Source: Octopus sinensis (Eukaryota). Taken from it: a stretch of DNA of 64,000 nt. How positions within the stretch are numbered: position 1 is the stretch's first letter; each line of letters opens with the position of its first letter. The stretch covers positions 117,552,001-117,616,000 of the forward strand of contig NC_042998.1 of NCBI RefSeq assembly GCF_006345805.1. Direction: 5' to 3'. The position numbers and the translations under genes were made by a program. This document shows, in pieces, positions 63,742 through 64,000 of this stretch. Under the pieces are notes generated by a model. That model saw only the letters and a list, made by a program, of their open reading frames with translations, did not search any database and was not told the origin of the DNA.

Positions 63742-63832
63742 CCTACGCTGATGAGAAAAATAGTTGGGTAAGACATAATTATCTAATTCTTATGCTTTCC
63801 TAAAACTTAATTTCGAAACGTACGTCCGTAGG
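63742..63832 (+). ncRNA. Canonical type I hammerhead ribozyme
   Basis: CCTACG(63742-47)-CTGATGA(63748-54)-GAAA...TTTC(63755-814)-GAAAC-GTAC-GT-C(63826)-CGTAGG(63827-32): perfect 6-bp helix I, intact core, long helix II, palindromic ACGTACGT helix III, GUC cleavage triplet. Confidence 0.92.
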
Positions 63833-64000
63833 TGACTTAATATTCTATGATTGTCCCTGCGTTTGCCTTTCAAGTGCTGTGGTTTTACTGAGATCTCCCT
63901 TTTAGTAGAAGGAATAGCTATAACTCTTTGACTGCTATTTCTAAACTCGGTGTGTGGTGAGGCAAATCGTTGCTAAACCCTTAATTACTTAGTATATATA

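Overview
AT-rich eukaryotic DNA saturated with (TA)n/(CA)n microsatellites and transposon debris. The SINE families and repeat profile look like an octopus (coleoid cephalopod) genome; this is inferred from recognition, not a database search. No host protein-coding exon, rRNA, genuine tRNA or CRISPR array could be supported, so this is intergenic DNA or a large intron. Content: one nearly full-length RTE-clade LINE (3.2-6.4 kb, two in-frame stops), several more RTE/RTEX fragments (three with triple C-terminal C2H2 fingers), a young CR1 fragment, two mariner elements (one full-length with TIRs and TA TSD), a pogo/Tigger-like MITE, many tRNA-derived SINEs, and fragments of Penelope-like elements (PLEs) with two endonuclease types. 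The most interesting layer is non-coding. One fully canonical type I hammerhead ribozyme lies at 63742-63832. Several minimal or variant hammerheads sit in short PLE-like repeats that end at (TA)n. There is also an RTE insertion with twin-priming-type 5' inversion geometry, an exact 42-bp templated copy of one LINE inside another, and three near-perfect fold-back palindromes.
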